Shown: positions 1-10,073 of the stretch, piece after piece
How positions within the stretch are numbered: position 1 is the first letter of the stretch
Layout of the letters: each line of letters opens with the position of its first letter
Assembly (NCBI RefSeq): GCF_000195855.1
Contig: NC_002677.1
Coordinates: forward strand, 2,010,001-2,042,000
Direction: 5' to 3'
Source of the DNA: Mycobacterium leprae TN
Lineage (GTDB): Bacteria > Actinomycetota > Actinomycetes > Mycobacteriales > Mycobacteriaceae
DNA length: 32,000 nucleotides
Made by a program: the position numbers and the translations under genes
Notes under the pieces: generated by a model
Databases searched by the model: none
What the model saw: the letters and a program-made list of their open reading frames with translations, nothing else
Told to the model about the DNA's origin: nothing

Positions 1-245
1 CCCAATACAGACGCCTGCGGTGTGCTCATTACCGAGCCGCACGCGACGATCGGATTGACATTACACGACGGCACGTAAGCCGAGTTGAGCAAAATCCTGA
101 TCTTCTCAACGGTTAACATCATCGAGGCGACCAAGCCAATCACACCCGCAATCAGCACCCACCATGCGGTGGGCACCGGCATCGGCAACACGCTAGCCGG
201 AGCCGGTTTCAGGTCGCCGGGACGCTCGACAGGTTGTGCTGACAC
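1..245 (-). CDS. Vitamin K epoxide reductase (VKOR)-family membrane protein, N-terminal part; the gene runs off the left edge
   Basis: My own minus-strand translation from GTG at 245-243 gives VSAQPVERPGDLKPAPASVLPMPVPTAWWVLIAGVIGLVASMMLTVEKIRILLNSAYVPSCNVNPIVACGSVMSTPQASVLG. It shows a TM helix followed by a loop Cys pair, as in actinobacterial VKOR. It starts 8 nt downstream of the DsbA-like gene on the same strand. It is absent from the ORF track because it is truncated. Confidence 0.75.
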   Translation of the reverse strand, partial: MSAQPVERPGDLKPAPASVLPMPVPTAWWVLIAGVIGLVASMMLTVEKIRILLNSAYVPSCNVNPIVACGSVMSTPQASVL

Positions 246-253
246 CGCGTAAG

Positions 254-1048
254 TTACGTTGTCGTAGCAGTGACAGCCACGTCGATGCCCGGGACGGCGC
301 CCACGATTGCTTTAATCTTGGCCACCAGTGCTTCGGGTGTCAACGGGTCGTATTCGTCGCCGTTGATCTTGATCGTCGGGGTTGCCGAGATCTTCGCGAG
401 CGCTGCTTCTGCGGTGACCTTGGCCAGGTACTTCCCGCTGTTAATACAGTCCGGGACCTTCCCAACCACGCCGGCTTCCCGCGCGATTTCGATCAACTTC
501 GCATTCTCAGGGAAACTGCTCGCAAGTTCACTGGGTTGGAAGCTGCGACTGTACAACGCAGCACGGAACCGACGGTAAGCATCCATGGATTCATCGGCTA
601 CGCACAAGGACGCCGCACCTGCCCGTGACGGATAGTTATGGTTACGTGGGTGGTCAAGAATGGACACCACGGAGTAATCGGCCGCAATCGCACCGATGTC
701 GATGAGCTTGGACACCGTAGGCCCAAAATTCCGCTCGAAATCACCGCACCCCGGGCACAGGAAGTCCTCGTAAAAAGACATCACGACCTTGGGGTCGTGG
801 GTGCCGGGCTGGGTGACTAACTTGCTCGAAGTCACCCGCACCGTGTCACCCGAGCCGGTCAGCGGGGCCGCGCCATCTTGCTTGGCATGCTGCGATTTCA
901 TGACGGCGAAGACGACGACAACCGCGAAGATCGCGACAATCACAGTGCCGGCGATCACGACAGCCCGGCCAGACCGGCCGTCTACCGACTTTAGGTCGAA
1001 TCGCTGAAGACGTTTGCGGTTATCGGCCACAGGTTCGCTGATCCTCAC
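254..1048 (-). CDS. DsbA-like thioredoxin-fold membrane-anchored/exported protein (Rv2969c-like)
   Basis: 264-aa ORF with a GTG start. It has an N-terminal TM anchor (VVIAGTVIVAIFAVVVVFAVM) and a CPGC active-site motif (FLCPGCGDFE). It lies directly upstream of the VKOR gene. Confidence 0.85.
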   Translation of the reverse strand: MRISEPVADNRKRLQRFDLKSVDGRSGRAVVIAGTVIVAIFAVVVVFAVMKSQHAKQDGAAPLTGSGDTVRVTSSKLVTQPGTHDPKVVMSFYEDFLCPGCGDFERNFGPTVSKLIDIGAIAADYSVVSILDHPRNHNYPSRAGAASLCVADESMDAYRRFRAALYSRSFQPSELASSFPENAKLIEIAREAGVVGKVPDCINSGKYLAKVTAEAALAKISATPTIKINGDEYDPLTPEALVAKIKAIVGAVPGIDVAVTATTT

Positions 1049-1059
1049 GTGCTCGATTT

Positions 1060-2229
1060 GGCCCGATCACGATCGGGCGACGGCGTCTCTAGAGTACCGG
1101 CGACGGTGAATTGGGTAACTATACCCGGCTCAGGTGAGCACGCAGTGCCGAAATCAGCACACTCGTCGCAGCTGCACAGCCGCCGAGCGGAAACAAATTG
1201 GCGAAGCCGCGCGACAGCGAACCGAAGGAACGCAGGTACACCGTAGTCTCGTCGGCCCGCAGCACCGGCGCGCAGCTCTCACCTCGGTCGCACGCAATAG
1301 GGCGAATCCCACTACCGCGATCAGCGCCGGCGCCAGCCCGGCCAGCGACTCGGCCTGCAACGGCGACAACCGCAGATCAGCGTGCTCGATACCGCAGTCC
1401 TTCAAGTATTGCGCTTGAAATGAAATCCCTATCCCGCTTGGTCAACAAAAAACCACGGGCTAACAGCGTCATTGACCGGGTAATGTGTGTGTGCGAGCGG
1501 ATGAAGTCGGTCCGCGGGTAAAGCAGCCACTGCAGCACCGGAGCAGGGCCGTCGGCAGCTCGGACCAATTGGCACACCGTAGACGGCAGGTTACCGCCGG
1601 CGCTGTCCCCGCCCACCGCGACCGACCCGGAGCTGGCGCCGAGTTGCTGATACGCCTATTCAAGGCATCCTCGATCCCGGCCAGGGCCAGATACCCGGAT
1701 ACTCAGTCGCCAGTCGGTAGTCAATCGACAAGACGTGGATGTCAACTCGCGGCACGTCAACCGGCACAGCGCGTCCGTAGGTGTCCAGATCGCCGAGTGT
1801 ACAACCACCGAGGCTAGAAACGGGGCAGCCACGCCACTGTCCGGGCGATAGTACCGTGCCGAGATCTCACCATCCGGCACAGGCAACGAAATGTCGTTTA
1901 CTTCGACGTGGAGCTGCGAGCCCGGCAAACACAAAAGGAGGCCTAGCGCATTTTAGTGCGAGATGCGGCAACGTTGTCGTTGACGACCAAGCCGTCGGTA
2001 AATATGCTGAACAGCATCAGCTGCAGCATGGGGGCAAGTGTGTTTCCGTCGATAATGACCACCCGACCAACAGCACCCTCTTAACTACACTCGGCATCCA
2101 CGGAAGAACCTTGGCGCCAACCGTGGCGATCTTCTTGCCTTGCATGCGACTTGTCCACCGCATTGGTTTACGGTTTAGCGCCAAGATGAAGGTCTACTGC
2201 GCCTGGCAGACTCTAACAGTTATGGTCAT
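1060..2229 (-). pseudogene. Hormone-sensitive-lipase-family esterase (lipN-like) pseudogene
   Basis: Esterase-like segments are spread over at least three minus-strand frames. They include SLPGAVDLHLGAKP*, VIIDGNTLAPMLQLML, ISARYYRP...DALCRLTCRE, GGDSAGGNL...VLQWLLYPRTDF...GFLLTKRD and RLSPLQAESLAGLAPALIAVVGF. The catalytic GDSAGG motif is still readable. In-frame stops are present and there is no continuous ORF. Confidence 0.8.
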
Positions 2230-3054
2230 ATCCCCGAAAAAGACCTTGTAACTCTGAACAACGGCAATTCGATCCCCGCCGTCGGGCTCGGCGTGTCCCG
2301 GATCGCGCCGGCCGACACCGAATAGACGGTCTACATCGCGCTACGCACCGGTTATCGGCACATCGACACCGCAACGATCTACCAGAACGAGCGAGAAGTC
2401 GGACGAACGATCGACCGAATTCCGGTGCACCCCGTAACCAACTGTACGTGGTGACCCAGTTATGGAATACCGACCACGACAGCACACTGACAGCGTTCGA
2501 CGCCAGCATGGAGCGGCCTGGGCTCGACTACCTCGACCTGAGCCGTTGACCGCAGTCGGTGCTCAACAAGTTCATCGCTACCTTAAAAGATTGTAAGGCA
2601 TCCGCCCGCCTACCTGACCAGAACAGGATCCGGTCCGTCGGAGTCAGCAACTTCGAGCCCGAGTACCTCAGTATTCCTGATCAATGCCACCGGCATTGCT
2701 TCAGTGGTTTATCAGATCGAGCTGCATCCGCGGCTGCCACAGCGAGAGTTGCGCAAAATTCACACCCGCCGCAGGATCGCCACCGATGCGTGGTCACCAC
2801 TAAGCAAGGGGTCGCTGTTGGTCCACCAGACGATCACCGCCGTGGCCGAAAAGCGGCCACAGTTGTTGATTGGGTGGCACATGCAACTCGGTAATATCGT
2901 GATTCCCAAGCAGGTGAACCCCTCACGGATTGCGAGCAACTTCGACGTGTCCGAGTTCAAACTCAGCGCCGCGGAAATGGCATCGATCTCCTCGATCGAT
3001 GACCGAACCCGGCTTGAACGCAACCCATGCACCTTCGATTTCACAGGCAGGTGA
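2230..3054 (+). pseudogene. Aldo-keto reductase paralogue, pseudogene
   Basis: My own translation gives [54 protein letters not shown] with TAG at 2323-2325. It then shifts frame through QLWNTDHDSTLTAFDASMERPGLDYLDL and RSVGVSNFEPEYL. The 2704..3054 ORF carries the AKR C-terminus (QIELHPRLPQ...[17 protein letters not shown]). Confidence 0.8.
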
Positions 3055-3055
3055 A

Positions 3056-3904
3056 ATGATGCCGAGCACCCCCCGCACCTCTATACCCTCAATAACCCTT
3101 AACGACGAGAACACTATGCCGTTGCTCGGCCTTGGCGTCGCGGAATTGTCGGAGGACGAGACCGAGCGCGCGGTTTTGGCAGCGCTGGAAATCGGCTGCC
3201 GGCTCATCGATACCGCAGCAGCTTATGGCAACGAAGCCGCAGTCAGCCGCGCAATTGCCGCCTCCGGAATTCCCCGCGCCCAGTTGTTCGTCACCACCAA
3301 GTTGGCTACCCCCGACCAGGGTTTCACCAAGTCCCAAGATGCCTGCAACGCCAGCTTGGATCGACTTGGCATGGACTACGTCGACCTCTACCTGATTCAC
3401 TGGCCGGCCCCGCCAGTGGGCCAGTATGTTGATGCCTGGGGAGGCATGATCCAATCCCGTGGCGAAGGCCATGCCCGCTCGATCGGCGTGTGCAATTTCA
3501 CCGAGGAGCATTTATCGGCGATTATCGATCTCACCTTTGTCACGCCAGCGGTCAACCAGATCGAGCTACACCCACTGCTCAACCAAGACGAGATGCGCAA
3601 ATCAAATGCACAGCACAACGTTATCACCCAGTCCTACACCCCATTGGTTCTTGGCCGGTTGATGGACAATTCGACCCTGACCGCGATCGCCGCCGAATAT
3701 GGCAAAACACCTGCACAAGTACTGCTTCGGTGGAACTTGCAGCTGGGTAATGCAGTAGTCTTCCGGTCCGCCAAAGCCGAGCACATTGCCAGCAACTTCG
3801 ACGTCTTCGATTTCGAATTGGCCGTCAATCACATGGACGCAATGAATGAGTTGCACGACGGCACCCGGTTGCGCCCAGATCCAGAAACCTACGCCGGCAG
3901 CTGA
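3056..3904 (+). CDS. Aldo-keto reductase (Rv2971-like oxidoreductase), intact
   Basis: This is the in-frame part of ORF 2930..3904. ATG at 3056 gives 282 aa starting [31 protein letters not shown] motifs present: [28 protein letters not shown]. The upstream 42 codons overlap the pseudogene and look non-native. Confidence 0.9.
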
Positions 3905-3929
3905 TCTCGCCCCGTAACTGCTACCCGAC

Positions 3930-4629
3930 CTGACAAGGTCACTACAACTTACAGGTAGTACGCTCATCGACACCCTCGTCTACCGGTAGTTGGTAACCAG
4001 CATAGCACCGCGACGAACTGCATGGCGTATTTGGCACGTAAACGCGGCGTTCGACGACATCTACCAGGCCGGTGGCGAATCGCTCTTTTTCTGGATTGGC
4101 CTGGCCATCAACAGCTAGCAAGTTGGCCAGATCGTTGGCAAACCGCAACCACTGTCGATCAGGCCAGCTGTAGGCTCCCATGTCCAACCATAGGCGAGCA
4201 GGACAATGTGGTCGATCTGCACTGATTCGCTGACCTTTGCGGCCGCGTTGGAAGGCGATGGCCTGATTGGTGTACGGATCATGCAGCGTACCGGTAGCCA
4301 CCGCATTTGGACACCGCTTGATCCACACGAACGCCTTGTCGACGAGATCGCGGGTGAGGATTTCGTCGCTGGTGTCACACCCATTGTGCCCAAGAGAGGC
4401 ATCGTTGTTGTCGTCCCACAGGTGACCGAACGCCGACCGATGGTAATCGCTGCGATGCAGGCGCCGCAGCAGCACTAACAACATTCTCCAGCACATCGGT
4501 ACCCAGCTGCCACCTCGGCATGTCAGTGCTCGCGGCAAATTCATCAACGTGCCTGACTGAAGATGCTCCCAACGTCTGATAGGCAACTATTACCGCGCAC
4601 ACCACAACAACCGACAACCACAGCAGCAC
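3930..4629 (-). pseudogene. Membrane-anchored/exported DUF1524 (HNH-like nuclease fold) protein, pseudogene (position of Rv2972c)
   Basis: Family motifs are split between frames. The TM anchor MLLWLSVVVVCAVIVAY is in frame C. FGHLWDD..GHNGCDTSDEILTRDL...GTLHDPYTNQAIAF is in frame A. VQIDHIVLLAYGW is in frame B. WLRFANDLANLLAVDGQANPEK returns to frame A. The tail KKSDSPPAW*MSSNAAFTCQIRHAV...NYR*..VLPVSC is in another frame with stops. Confidence 0.75.
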
Positions 4630-4722
4630 TTTAGCTATTCACCAGCTCCGCGCTCCGCCACAAGCAGATGGGGGGTACTTCCCACTTGTGAAGGGTTTCA
4701 CCCACTGCATCGTCACTGGACG

Positions 4723-6954
4723 TCATGACTTGCCTAAGTATTCTATACGGTCGGTGTCAATGAATCGTGCTGCCAAATCTGCCAATCCCGGATGCGGGGC
4801 TAATCCGAGGTGCGGATACTCGTAGGCACGCGTGCAGAAATCCCTTGCGGCCTCAATGAACACCTGATGCTCGGCCAATGACAGCATCCGCAGGGTAATT
4901 GCCTTTCCGGATTGGTTGCGGCCCAGAACATCTCCTTCCCGACGCTCCTTGAGGTCGAGATCGGCGAGTGCGAACCCGTCCATGGTCTCGGCGACGGCAC
5001 ATAGCCTGCGCCCGGCCGGGGAGCCCGGTGAGACCCAGCTGGCCAACAAACACAGGCTCGGATGCGTGCCGCGACCGATGCGGCCACGCAGCTGATGCAA
5101 CTGGCTTATTCCAAACCGATCGGCGTCCATCACCAGCATGATGGTGGCGTTAGGTACATCTACGCCTACCTCAATGACGTTGGTACACACCAGCACATCG
5201 ATTTCGCCTGCACGGAAAGCCATCATCGCAGCGTCCTTCTCGTCAGCGGACAACCGACCGTGCATAAGCGCCAGCCGCACGTTAGCCAGCTCACCAGAAC
5301 GCAATCGTGCGTAGAGACCGTCCGCGGTTTCCGATGGTCTGCTGTTTTGCCCCCCTTTCTGCGGATCTTCGGTCTCGTCAATCCGGGGCGCCACCACATA
5401 CGCTTGGCGGCCCGCGGCGACTTCCTCGAGGATGCGCTGCCAAGCCCGGTCCAGCCACCCTGGCTTGTCCTTGACGAAGATGACGTTGCTGGTTATCGGC
5501 TGACGTCCGCGCGGCAGTTCGCGCAGTGTCGACATCTCCAAGTCGCCATAGACGGTAAGTGCGACAGTACGCGGGATTGGCGTCGCCGTCATCACCAACA
5601 GATGTGGCATGATGCCAGTGCGGGCCTTGGTACGCAATTGATCTCGCTGCTCGACACCGAAACGGTGTTGTTCGTCGACTACTACCATGCCTAGGTTGTG
5701 GAATTCAATCGCGTCCTGCAGCAGCGCGTGCGTGCCGATGACGATGCCAGTCTGGCCGCTGAAAATGTCGGCGCGAACCTTTTTCTTCTGGGCCATCGTC
5801 ATCGAGCCGGTCAGCAGAGCCACCTGGGTGGCATTTTCCGCCCCGCCCAGCTGACACCCCATCCCCAACGGGCCGAGAACGTCACGGATCGACAGTAGAT
5901 GTTGTGCAGCAAGAACTTCCGTAGGAGCCAGCAACACGCATTGGTAGCCAGCATCAATCATCTGCAACATTGCCAATACCGCGACGATGGTCTTGCCCGA
6001 CCCGACTTCACCTTGCAGCAGGCGGTTCAACGGACGGGTAGCCGCTAGCCCATCGGACAGCACGTCACGCACCTCACGCTGTCCCTCCGTAAGCTCGAAC
6101 GGCAACCGCCGCATCAGTTCTGCCATCAGACCGTCAGACCGCGGCGGCGCCGACGGTCCCGATTCCGACAGTTCACCATGCCTTCGGGTTACCAACGCCC
6201 ACTGCAAGCCGACCGCTTCGTCGAAGGTTAGCCGCTCCCGCGCACGCCGACGGTCCGACTCGCTTTCAGCGAGATGGATGGCGCGCAGTGCCTCATCTTC
6301 GGAGACCAGGCCATGCTTGGCGCGCAGATCCGCGGGCAACGGATCGGCCACCGGATCGAGGACCTCAAGCACCTGACGCACGCAGGCGTAGATATCCCAG
6401 CTCTGCAGTTTGGTGCTGGCCGGATAGATCGGAAAGAATCGACGTTCGAACGCCGACATCAGCACTTCGCCACTGACAGCCTGTGAAGCATCGGCGATGC
6501 GGCGCAGCGAGCTACTGCCGCGGTTGCGTCCGTCCGGCGAGTCGAGAATGAGAAACGCGGGGTGCGTCAGCTGCATAACGCCCCGAAAAAATCCAACCTC
6601 CCCAGAGAGCATCACCCGGGTATCTTTGGTTAGCCCCTTACTGATATAGCCCGCATTAAAAAACGTAGCGATCACCTTGTTGCGTCCAGAGCCGACCGTG
6701 AGACGTAGATACTTCTTTTTCGAGTCCTTCTTCATCGGTAACGTCACCGCCTCTGTGATGACGTCGACGATGGTGATGTGTTCACCTGCTTCCGGCCGCT
6801 CGTCTTGGGCGCCCCGCACAGTCGCACCCTTAGTGTAACTGCGTGGGTAATGGCGTAGCAGGTCGTCGACAGTGCGAATACCAAACACTTCGTCGAGGGA
6901 ATCGGCAGCCTTGGCGCCCACGATGTAGTCGAGCCGATCGGATAGTGACACCAT
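4723..6954 (-). CDS. recG: ATP-dependent DNA helicase RecG
   Basis: 743-aa ORF carrying Walker A GEVGSGKT, the DEQHRFG box, TATPIPRT and QLHQLRGRIGRG, plus an N-terminal wedge domain. Confidence 0.97.
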   Translation of the reverse strand: MVSLSDRLDYIVGAKAADSLDEVFGIRTVDDLLRHYPRSYTKGATVRGAQDERPEAGEHITIVDVITEAVTLPMKKDSKKKYLRLTVGSGRNKVIATFFNAGYISKGLTKDTRVMLSGEVGFFRGVMQLTHPAFLILDSPDGRNRGSSSLRRIADASQAVSGEVLMSAFERRFFPIYPASTKLQSWDIYACVRQVLEVLDPVADPLPADLRAKHGLVSEDEALRAIHLAESESDRRRARERLTFDEAVGLQWALVTRRHGELSESGPSAPPRSDGLMAELMRRLPFELTEGQREVRDVLSDGLAATRPLNRLLQGEVGSGKTIVAVLAMLQMIDAGYQCVLLAPTEVLAAQHLLSIRDVLGPLGMGCQLGGAENATQVALLTGSMTMAQKKKVRADIFSGQTGIVIGTHALLQDAIEFHNLGMVVVDEQHRFGVEQRDQLRTKARTGIMPHLLVMTATPIPRTVALTVYGDLEMSTLRELPRGRQPITSNVIFVKDKPGWLDRAWQRILEEVAAGRQAYVVAPRIDETEDPQKGGQNSRPSETADGLYARLRSGELANVRLALMHGRLSADEKDAAMMAFRAGEIDVLVCTNVIEVGVDVPNATIMLVMDADRFGISQLHQLRGRIGRGTHPSLCLLASWVSPGSPAGRRLCAVAETMDGFALADLDLKERREGDVLGRNQSGKAITLRMLSLAEHQVFIEAARDFCTRAYEYPHLGLAPHPGLADLAARFIDTDRIEYLGKS

Positions 6955-6956
6955 AG

Positions 6957-8690
6957 CTACTCGACTCCGATCAGCAACGCATCACCACGATGCCCGCAGC
7001 GGTAAGTCACCAACTCAGTCTCCGGATGGTTGTTGTGCCCGTACTGTTGCAGGATGTCGTTCAACGTGGCGGCGTTAACTGCTGTGTCGATACCTGCCCC
7101 TAGCAACACAGTTACCAGTTCACCACCTGAGGCCAGCAAAAGATCAAGCAGACCGATCGCTGCTCTCACCGCATCAGCAGCCACGACCAATACCACGTCG
7201 CCGACGATGCCCAGACGATAACCAGGTCGACAGTAACCTGCCCAGGCCAACGCGCTCTCGGTCGTGACGCGTGCCGATCCGTGCCGAGCAGCACCGGAGG
7301 CACGGGCCATGGTGTAGCCGTCGTTGACTGCTTGACGACCCGTATCATGGACAACCAGCACGGCCAGGCCTTGCACCATCGACCCGGTCGGTATCGACAC
7401 CACGTCGATGCCCCAGCCAATAGCCGCCGCAGTGCGACCTGCGACGAGCTCCTCGGCGATCTAAATAGCTGTTGAGCATCAGCATCACCTGAGCGGCGCC
7501 GGTATCCACTACAGCCCGCATCAGCTGGTGGGCACTGATATCCATGGCCGGATCGACAGCATCGGGCCACGGGTGCAGCACGCAGACCCCTGCACCGGCG
7601 AACAACTCGGCAGCACAGTCGCCATCAACAACAACCGGCCAGCACCGCCCGTTCCCGCGTCCAGCTGCCCACCGATAATCCGGCGGCGCCAGAGTCGGAG
7701 TCCAACGGCGAGACCACGATCCGGCTGAGTCGTCCTGCTACCAATCCTACTTCGATAGCGGCGCCGGCATCGTCAGTGTGTACGTGCACCGAGTAACTGC
7801 CGTGCGTCGCCACAATGGCTACCGATTCCCCCGAGCCGATCCCGAAGCGTATCCACCTCGTACACATAACACTCATCCGGCAGGTACATTACCTAGAATT
7901 GCGGTGCCCGGCGTCCGGTGACATCATCTTTTTCATCGGACGACACCGCGCACGGCGAAAGCTCGTACACTGTGCACGCCGGCACCCCGGTGAGGGGCAA
8001 GCGCAGTGTGTTCAATAGGACCAGCAGACCCCGTCCGCCAGCATCCACCGCACCGGCATCAGCAAGCACATCAAGCTGCTCGAAAGTCTTCTCTAGCGCG
8101 ACAACGGTCGCGTCACCGACGGTGATTATCGCCAACACCATACCCTTCCCCGCGGGGGGCGCACTGCTCGACGGCATCCGCGGCAGCCCGCAAAACCGAA
8201 ACTATGGCCCTTGAGATCTCCGCACCACCCGTGGAGTTGATGACCAGCTCAACACCACATTGCAACCCGGCCCGGAACAGTCTGACATCGATATCGGACA
8301 GTTCACCGCCGTACTGGGAGACCGCACTTGCGGTTAAGTCGGCTATGGCACACACAATCTGGGACAGGAGCACGCCGGAGTTGCCGTGGGCGACCGTTTA
8401 GGGCGCCTTCTGACAGAGCTGCCGTAACCCGAGCAACGTGGGTCCTAGGCAGCCCCCTGCACGTCGGCTCTCGCACTAACCTCAGCCAGTGTGGAACGCC
8501 TGGCGAAGAACATGTTGGCGGCCAATATCGGAGCCAGCGACCGGGAACACATTGAGCCGGTTGTCTCGTCGATGTGGGCGATAAAATCGCCGATGACAAC
8601 GTGCGCCCCATATCGTAATGCCGACGCGTCCAGCAGGCTATCCTGTGAACTATAAACAGGCGCTCAGTGTGACCCACCTCCTTCACACCA
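6957..8690 (-). pseudogene. DAK2-domain YloV-like protein (Rv2974c position), pseudogene
   Basis: Homologous pieces lie in different minus-strand frames and are interrupted by stops. They include LLDASALRYGAHVVIGDFIAHIDE, ARVTAALSEGALNG, LLSQIVCAIADLTASAV...GELSDIDVRLFRAGLQCGVELVINSTGG, and VVALEKTFEQLDVLADAGAVDAGGRGLLVLLNTL. The intact-looking C-terminal 148 aa is ORF 6957..7403. Confidence 0.8.
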
Positions 8691-8905
8691 CATACCCGCG
8701 GGGGGGCGAACCGAATCATTGGGACTAGTAGCTAACGAGGATGGACCATACAGACCGTGACCGTCATCCAGCAGCTGTTGACCGTTTTTGGTGGTTGCCC
8801 ACAACAGTCGCTATCCTGAGCTGGCGCTTGGGTCAGTCTAGGCTGCCCTGGCTCCCAAATATGTCAGTTGCCGGATTCCAGCAGAAGAGTTGAGGAGCAT
8901 TCAGA

Positions 8906-9100
8906 ATGGCCGCTGTGTGCGATATCTGCGGGAAAGGTCCCGGCTTCGGCAAGTCGGTATCACACTCCCACCGCCGCACCAGCCGCCGGTGGGATCCCAA
9001 TGTGCAAACTGTGCACATGGTGACGCGTCCCGGCGGCAACAAGCAACAGCTCAAAGTCTGCACCTCCTGCATTAAGGCCGGCAAGGTTACCCGCGGCTGA
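8906..9100 (+). CDS. rpmB: 50S ribosomal protein L28 (Cys-containing, zinc-ribbon form)
   Basis: 64 aa: MAAVCDICGKGPGFGKSVSHSHRRTSRRW...VCTSCIKAGKVTRG. It has two CxxC pairs. A GAGGAG Shine-Dalgarno sequence lies about 8 nt upstream of the ATG. Confidence 0.95.
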   Translation: MAAVCDICGKGPGFGKSVSHSHRRTSRRWDPNVQTVHMVTRPGGNKQQLKVCTSCIKAGKVTRG

Positions 9101-9119
9101 CTGTTGCGCCAGCGCCCCA

Positions 9120-9135
9120 GCGCCGAGGTCGGCGC
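9120..9135 (+). terminator. Weak GC hairpin downstream of rpmB (possible terminator)
   Basis: The sequence gcgccgaggtcggcgc forms a stem (gcgcc/ggcgc, extendable to 7 bp) 20 nt after the rpmB stop. There is no U-tract. Confidence 0.2.
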
Positions 9136-9276
9136 GCACACAGCGACGCAACGGTCAGGTCAATACGGGACGACGATGAACGGTCTTGTCCGCGGCCGGC
9201 CCGGTCACCGGCAGCTTCCGACGAACGCGGCAAGTGTCGCAGGCTGGCCTCGATCTTGTCCGAGCTGTCATGTCGG

Positions 9277-9960
9277 TCAGGGTAGGCGCCAATTGATGGG
9301 CCCAGCACCCATCCCGACGAGTATCTCGTTGGTACGGCTGAACGGGCGCGAGCCGAAGAACCCGCGAGATGCCGACAGCGGCGAAGGGTGCGGCGACTCG
9401 ATCACCACACAGTTATCGACAGTCAGCAGCGGCTTCAGCGTGGCAGCATCGCGACCCCACAAAATCGCCACCATCGGTTCTGACCGCGCAGCCAGCGCGC
9501 GGATCGCACACTCCGTGATCACTTCCCAGCCCTTGCCCCGATGAGACGCCGGGTTACTAGGGCGCACCGTGAGCACCCTGTTTAACAGCAGCACACCACG
9601 CTGCGCCCAAGGTGTCAGATCGCCACACACAGGCAAAGGATAGCCTAGGTCCGCAGTGTACTCGTCGAAGACGTTGGCAAGACTGCGGGGCAGCGGACGC
9701 ACATCGGGGGCCACCGAAAAACTCAGGCCCACAGCATGTCCCGGTGTCGGATACGGATCTTGCCCAACGATCAAAACGCGCACGTTGTCGAACGGATAAG
9801 TAAAGGCGCGCAAAACACTATGCCCGGCAGGTAGATACCTGCGCCCGGCAGCGATCTCGGCCCGCAGAAATCGACCCATCTCAGCTACCTGGTCGACGAC
9901 CGGCTCTAGCGCGGCCGCCCACCCTTGCTCGACAAGTTCACTCAACGGACGTGCGGTCAT
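9277..9960 (-). CDS. ung: Uracil-DNA glycosylase
   Basis: From ORF 9277..9978. The internal ATG at 9960 gives 227 aa starting [14 protein letters not shown]. Motifs GQDPYP and HPSPLS are present. Confidence 0.95.
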   Translation of the reverse strand: MTARPLSELVEQGWAAALEPVVDQVAEMGRFLRAEIAAGRRYLPAGHSVLRAFTYPFDNVRVLIVGQDPYPTPGHAVGLSFSVAPDVRPLPRSLANVFDEYTADLGYPLPVCGDLTPWAQRGVLLLNRVLTVRPSNPASHRGKGWEVITECAIRALAARSEPMVAILWGRDAATLKPLLTVDNCVVIESPHPSPLSASRGFFGSRPFSRTNEILVGMGAGPINWRLP

Positions 9961-10073
9961 CCCAGCCCCTGCGCACACAGCACCAGCAGGTCCTTCACGA
10001 TTTTCCGGTATTCAGGTGATTGCCGGTCGGTGAACTTCAGCGCGGCAATAGCGTAGACGGTCACCGCGACACC

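Noticed and set aside
2930-3055. 42-codon N-terminal extension of the intact aldo-keto reductase ORF
   Set aside because: The extension overlaps the C-terminus of the upstream AKR pseudogene in another frame and has no AKR similarity. The ATG at 3056 gives a canonical-length protein.
3942-4586. 214-aa ORF as an intact hypothetical protein
   Set aside because: The family motifs needed for function (signal anchor, IDH catalytic block, C-terminal Cys region) lie in other frames, so I called it a pseudogene instead.
8303-8719. 138-aa minus-strand ORF that could be taken for a small gene upstream of the yloV fragments
   Set aside because: It is an out-of-frame read-through of the yloV N-terminal region. 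It contains only a short in-frame stretch of real homology (ARVTAALSEGALNG).
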